A stretch of DNA of 64,000 nucleotides from contig OZ244042.1 of the NCBI GenBank assembly GCA_965215015.1, positions 224,001 to 288,000 of the forward strand, read 5' to 3'. This document shows, one piece after another, positions 59,334-64,000 of this stretch (position 1 is its first letter; each line of letters starts with the position of its first letter). This DNA comes from Candidatus Poribacteria bacterium. GTDB taxonomy: Bacteria; Poribacteria; WGA-4E; PCPOR2b. Below the pieces are notes generated by a model that was not told the origin of the DNA, made no database searches, and was given only the letters and a program-made list of their open reading frames with translations. Both the position numbers and the translations under genes were made by a program.

Positions 59334-61004
59334 TTATGCGCCTGTGATTCGGTGGAGGTTATAGGGAAGTTGGCAAAAGGTGATACCTAGGGCTGAAAGC
59401 TCTTTTTGACTCATAAACTTCTGCGCCGCATAGACATACGCCTTTTTCCCTGTTGATTGGCAGCGTTTGCCTATTTGCGTTGCACGTTTCCCATCTAGTG
59501 CAGACTGATTGCTCTCTAAAAATTCAAGACTTGGCTCATAAATCAGATAAAAGAGGTGTGTATCTGTTTCGCCGAAAAAGCAATCTGCCCGACATACGAT
59601 GTTCCCAAGCGAGATGCCAGTTGCAACATAAGCGATGTAACCCGCCAAAGTTTCATAAGCCGGTAGAGTATCTCCCGTAAGCAATCCCTCAGTATCAATC
59701 GGTTCACCGAGCGTGTAGTAAGTGAAGCCACCACCGAGCCCTTCTTGGAGCACTTCATCTTTAGCCGTATCAACACCGTTGATAACACGGCGGACACGCT
59801 CGGCGGTGATGGTGTCGGCGTAATCTTCACACTCAATCAGGATGAACTTCCGATGACCGTTGTCTTTCTTGTTCATAGCTAATACGGCATGGGCTGTAGT
59901 ACCACTCCCGGCGAATGAATCAAGAACAATTGTGTTAGCTTTACTTGATGTACCTTCGGCAATTTCTATCAAATTCTCAATCAATCTGGTTGGTTTCGGA
60001 TTGTTGAATTCGAGAGCCGCGCTTTGCATAACTTCTTGTAGTTGTTTTGTGCCTTCGTCTGTGGTCCCAGCAGTATCCGCCAGCATTAGATCGATTGGGA
60101 CAATCCCCTTCTCCTCAGATTCAATAAGAAAATTTTTAAGGCGAGGATAGCGTAAGCTTCCTTTCACGCCCCACCAAAGTCTGTCTTCCCTAACATGCTC
60201 CTTATAGGTACTCTGGCTATACTTCCAAGCATGTGTAGGATGATTTACGAGTGCCCCTGTATGTGGATTTACTACTGAGTAAGCTAGATTGGGACGCTGT
60301 TCTTTCGTCGCCGGATTGACATACGAACTGGATACCCAGGCACCACGCGGGTCCTCATCAGGGTTAGAATATGTTTCATTCAGTTTTTCATCCCGCTTGA
60401 CTCGTATATGAAAAATAGCATCGGATTTTCTATATGCAATAACATGTTCACGTTGATTTGAAAATAATTTGGCGTTGTTGCTTCTACCATATCGATGTTG
60501 CCAAATAATATCTGCAAGAAAATTCTCCACCCCGAAAATCTCGTCCATTAGCATCCGCAGGTGGTGTTGTTCATTATCATCAATGGAGATAAAGATGACG
60601 CCATCATCAGCAAGCAATTCTTTGAGTAGGTGCAACCGCGGCCACATCATGCAGAGCCACTTGTCATGCCGCTCAAGGTCTTCATTATCAACAGGACTGT
60701 TCTTTGTGAACCATTGCTGCATAAGTGGGCCGTTTACGTTGTCGTTATAGCACCATCCTTCGTTGCCGGTGTTGTACGGCGGGTCAATGTAGATGCACTT
60801 GATACGGTTCGCGTAGCGGGGCAGCAGTGCTTTGAGGGCATGTAGGTTATCGCCGTGGATGATGAGGTTGTCGTCGCCCCCCCCTCTTTCCCCCGCAGGC
60901 GGGGGATTGCAGGAGCGGCGTTCGTCCAGTTTGAGTGGACGGTAAGGAACGGTGAGATGGTGGGAGTAGATATGTTGTTTCCCTTTGAAATCGAGTGTGG
61001 GCAT
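59334..61004 (-). CDS. mod: Type III DNA methyltransferase subunit, copy A
   Basis: N- and C-terminal blocks near-identical to copy B, divergent TRD; start set to ATG 61004 by homology. Confidence 0.95.
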   Translation of the reverse strand: MPTLDFKGKQHIYSHHLTVPYRPLKLDERRSCNPPPAGERGGGDDNLIIHGDNLHALKALLPRYANRIKCIYIDPPYNTGNEGWCYNDNVNGPLMQQWFTKNSPVDNEDLERHDKWLCMMWPRLHLLKELLADDGVIFISIDDNEQHHLRMLMDEIFGVENFLADIIWQHRYGRSNNAKLFSNQREHVIAYRKSDAIFHIRVKRDEKLNETYSNPDEDPRGAWVSSSYVNPATKEQRPNLAYSVVNPHTGALVNHPTHAWKYSQSTYKEHVREDRLWWGVKGSLRYPRLKNFLIESEEKGIVPIDLMLADTAGTTDEGTKQLQEVMQSAALEFNNPKPTRLIENLIEIAEGTSSKANTIVLDSFAGSGTTAHAVLAMNKKDNGHRKFILIECEDYADTITAERVRRVINGVDTAKDEVLQEGLGGGFTYYTLGEPIDTEGLLTGDTLPAYETLAGYIAYVATGISLGNIVCRADCFFGETDTHLFYLIYEPSLEFLESNQSALDGKRATQIGKRCQSTGKKAYVYAAQKFMSQKELSALGITFCQLPYNLHRITGA

Positions 61005-61059
61005 GGTGAAATTCCTTTGGGGCCCTCGTTTATCTGTCTTACACAAACCCTATGGTAAA

Positions 61060-61088
61060 ATTATAGCATTCCTTGGGGAGCGTGTCAA
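61060..61088 (-). promoter_or_regulatory. Consensus sigma70 promoter of mod copy A
   Basis: TTGACA-17nt-TATAAT with extended TG; duplicate of 59057-59085. Confidence 0.8.
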
Positions 61089-61171
61089 AAAATTACACTA
61101 CAGATCGAATGCCTAAATTCTCATATCTGCTCACCGATTAAAAGCCCCAAATGTTGGGCTAAATATTTCGC

Positions 61172-61200
61172 TTGACCTCTCGGGGCGTGTCTGATACTAT
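61172..61200 (+). promoter_or_regulatory. sigma70-type promoter
   Basis: TTGACC-17nt-TACTAT with extended TG. Confidence 0.6.
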
Positions 61201-61234
61201 CTCATCTCAGTAATGAACTCACGAGGGAAAAGCG

Positions 61235-62107
61235 ATGGAGATTACGATTAGTCCCGAAGAACTTGCCGACGGTGAGATGTCCGAAACTCATCTCGATCAA
61301 GCTGTCTATGCAATCCGCGAGGATGGGTATGTCATCTTATCAGATATCATATCGCATGCCCATTTGGATGTGCTCCGCGAAAAGATGGATGAGGATTTAC
61401 GCACATTGATGACGGCGTCAGTCCTCCCGGTCAATTTTGTCAAGCAACACCTCCAGCAAGATCCACCGCCCTTTGCACCTTATGTTTTTCGTGATATTGT
61501 CGCCAATCCATGGGTGATACAGGTAAACCGAAAAGTTCTCGGTGAAGGTTTATTTAACAGCTGCTACACCGGCAACACAAACTGTCCCGGCAGTGGCACA
61601 CAACCTGTTCATGTAGATAACGGACAATTATGGCGAGGATTAGAGAATGCCCATCCAGCGGTATCGTTGGTGGTCAACATCGCGCCGATGGATGTCACCG
61701 AACATAATGGTAGCATCGAGCTTTGGCCCGGATCGCACCTGGACACGAATGTTGCTCTAGATGATGCAACAATTAAGGTTGAGGAGCGGCTAGTGGAAGC
61801 CCGTCGAGATGTCGCGCCGCCGGTGCGTGGCAATACAAAAAAGGGAAGTGTCCTCATCAGGGATATGCGCCTTTGGCATCGGGGGATGCCAAACTATTCA
61901 GATTGGCCGCGGCAGATGATTGCGATGGTTCACAATATCCACTGGTTCCGACGCAAGAGACGAGTGCAGTTCAACAAGGGTTGTGAAGCAGCTTTTGAAA
62001 ACAGCCAAATGGACCCAAACGTTGAATTTACCGAGGAACCGATTGACTATATTTTTCGGAATCATCCCTACGATTATCATGAGGCTAAAAATGGAAGCTC
62101 ATGTTAA
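61235..62107 (+). CDS. PhyH-family dioxygenase
   Basis: EDGY, QPVHVD, GSIELWPGSH, RLWHRG. Confidence 0.9.
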   Translation: MEITISPEELADGEMSETHLDQAVYAIREDGYVILSDIISHAHLDVLREKMDEDLRTLMTASVLPVNFVKQHLQQDPPPFAPYVFRDIVANPWVIQVNRKVLGEGLFNSCYTGNTNCPGSGTQPVHVDNGQLWRGLENAHPAVSLVVNIAPMDVTEHNGSIELWPGSHLDTNVALDDATIKVEERLVEARRDVAPPVRGNTKKGSVLIRDMRLWHRGMPNYSDWPRQMIAMVHNIHWFRRKRRVQFNKGCEAAFENSQMDPNVEFTEEPIDYIFRNHPYDYHEAKNGSSC

Positions 62108-62301
62108 AAGAAAGTGCAAAGCACCAAAAGTGTAAGCGATGTCAAGACCTAAAGTAGGTTTAGATAAACTCCCCAGATTCGGGTTGATTTATAACAAATT
62201 GCTGCCGACTTTTCTGATAAACGGCTTCAGGGGTTTGATACCCCAAACTCAGACGTATCGGAGGCTAACAGGTTTTATTGCCATTTTGCACGCGCTGAGC
62301 C
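62096..62301. mobile_element. MITE-like element, family A copy 4 (right end degenerate)
   Basis: Left end AGCTCATGTTAAAAGAAAGTGCAA overlaps the phyH stop; possible right end TTGCACG..TGAGCC. Confidence 0.5.
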
Positions 62302-62405
62302 CCCCCTTGACAGACAGGGAACCGAGACATCAACCCCAAGGATTCACTTTTTACTCGCTCACCCAACCCATTTCTGCCCTCCTAGCACAATGCCTTTGAT
62401 CGACT

Positions 62406-63998
62406 CTAGTCCGCCGCGATCCGATCTCCATCACTGGTGATTTCCTCAATAAGCGAATGGTAGGTATCGAGGAGACTCGGATCGCAGATGTCACAGATGT
62501 TGCAGCGATAATCGCTATTGACGCTTTCCCCGAAATACCGGCGCACTACCTGACCCCGACACCGATCTGTTCTCGCATAGCGAATCATCTGGTCGAGCTG
62601 ATACCGCTTATTTTGGATATACTGCTTCTCCCCTACCTCGTCCTCGGAGATATTCTTAAACAGTTTGCTCCCGTGATATAATTCAATTAGCACCATATTC
62701 TCTGCACCGGAATATCTTAGATATCCATCATTCTGCAAATCCGTCAACTCATCCATCAATTCGTTTGGATGTAGATTATGCTCTTGGCAGAAATCTATAA
62801 CTTGGATTTTTGACTGATCTCTTAGACTCTCCAGTACCCTCGACTGACCGTTTGAATCTTCGATAAGATTCACGGTTATACTTGATGGGATGTTACACAG
62901 CCTCTGGAGGAAACCGAGTTTTTCGAGATAACTAATCCCCACCCGAATCCTGCTCTCATCAACGTCACTTGCAGACTCCATCTCCTGTACCTTGACCAGA
63001 TGGAACTTGCCGACCGATGGCGAATCCTCGACCAATTTTAGCAACTTTAAGAGGTCTGGTTTGTTCGGGGCGCTTCCCTTCATAAAATATTCCTGCAAAC
63101 GCCGGTCGCCCGAACAGAAGAACAGGATACACTCTGAATCCTTACTGTCCCGTCCCGCACGTCCCGCTTCCTGATAGTAATGTTCGAGTGACCCCGCAAT
63201 AGTCCAATGGATAACATATCGAATATCAGGCTTATCAATCCCCATCCCGAATGCGTTGGTCGCTACAACGATTTCGATCCCAGCTGCTGTATTGTCGAAA
63301 AATGCCTCTTGCACCCCCGTCCGTTCCGATTCCGCCCGAGCTCCATGATAAAAATCGACACGATAGCCTTTCCCCTTGAGATATTCCGCAATCTCCTCAG
63401 TCTGCCGCCGCGTGCCAGCATACACAATTCCCTTCCCAGTGAGCTGTTCCAACTGCTTTGCAAGTAACTGATACTTTTCCGGTTCGCCCGGCACCTCACA
63501 GACACTAAACCTTAGATTGGGACGCTCTACACCCTGGATTAAGATCTCGCACTTCTCAACTTTGAGTTGTTTTACGATGTCCTCCCGCACCTCTGGCGTC
63601 GCGGTCGCTGTGAATAGCGCAACGGAATAGGGTTTTACCGCTTGGACAGCGGTCCGAAGTGCGAGGTAGTCCGGTCGAAAATCGTGACCCCACTGAGAGA
63701 TGCAGTGTGCCTCATCAACCACGAACAGCGAAACCTCGCGGGATTTTAAGCTATTCAGGAACCGACGGCTCCGAAAGCGTTCGGGTGAAACATACAACAG
63801 CTTAATCTCACCGTTCTCTAACCGCGTCAGCTCCTGTTGATATTCTTCAGGGGTCAAGCTACTATTCAGGAAGCCTGCGGAGCCAATTCCCTGTCCTCGC
63901 AAGGCATCCACCTGGTCTTTCATCAACGAGATTAACGGCGAAATAATTATCGTAAGCCATGGTAACATCAGACCCGGCAACTGATAACATATGGATTT
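62406..63998 (-). CDS. recQ: RecQ-family DNA helicase (5' end outside window)
   Basis: KSICYQLP, DEAHCISQWGHDFRPDY, TATAT, AFGMGIDK, QEAGRAGRD, Zn-binding CR..C.ICDIC. Confidence 0.92.
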   Translation of the reverse strand, partial: KSICYQLPGLMLPWLTIIISPLISLMKDQVDALRGQGIGSAGFLNSSLTPEEYQQELTRLENGEIKLLYVSPERFRSRRFLNSLKSREVSLFVVDEAHCISQWGHDFRPDYLALRTAVQAVKPYSVALFTATATPEVREDIVKQLKVEKCEILIQGVERPNLRFSVCEVPGEPEKYQLLAKQLEQLTGKGIVYAGTRRQTEEIAEYLKGKGYRVDFYHGARAESERTGVQEAFFDNTAAGIEIVVATNAFGMGIDKPDIRYVIHWTIAGSLEHYYQEAGRAGRDSKDSECILFFCSGDRRLQEYFMKGSAPNKPDLLKLLKLVEDSPSVGKFHLVKVQEMESASDVDESRIRVGISYLEKLGFLQRLCNIPSSITVNLIEDSNGQSRVLESLRDQSKIQVIDFCQEHNLHPNELMDELTDLQNDGYLRYSGAENMVLIELYHGSKLFKNISEDEVGEKQYIQNKRYQLDQMIRYARTDRCRGQVVRRYFGESVNSDYRCNICDICDPSLLDTYHSLIEEITSDGDRIAAD

Positions 63999-64000
63999 CC

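Noticed and set aside
57356-61004. Shufflon-type inversion of mod TRDs
   Set aside because: Copies are direct repeats with no adjacent invertase; only deletion or conversion is geometrically possible.
1-64000. CRISPR array, rRNA, tRNA (including tRNA-Sec)
   Set aside because: No regularly spaced repeat-spacer series or convincing rRNA/cloverleaf seen by eye; not tested computationally.

Overview
Bacterial chromosomal window, about 50% GC. It is most consistent with Candidatus Poribacteria (inference from repeated 'LLQN(Y/F)PNPFNPETWIP' secretion-type C-terminal domains, a LamG protein ending 'AVEPGGKMATTWAHVK' and four PhyH dioxygenases). Left to right it holds: ABC exporter + DUF1854; two decayed genes; a ~15 kb secreted-protein/signalling module (WD40-cohesin protein, beta-propeller protein, PorV-like barrel fused to a transglutaminase-like domain, FecR-like protein with a dead transglutaminase-like domain, CHASE2 kinase, NtrC-type activator, RpoD-like sigma) with sigma54 promoters before its first and last genes; tandem FG-GAP genes bracketed by an inverted pair of identical 29-bp dif-like sites; metabolic genes; a defence island (orphan PIN, 1142-aa unknown, Type III res plus two mod genes with different target-recognition domains); partial recQ. 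The standout, missed by the ORF track, is a predicted secreted beta-barrel selenoprotein (39133-38465, minus strand) with two in-frame TGA codons in a U-x-x-U motif followed by SECIS-like hairpins. No rRNA, tRNA or CRISPR array was seen. All family calls come from motif reading by eye, not database searches.
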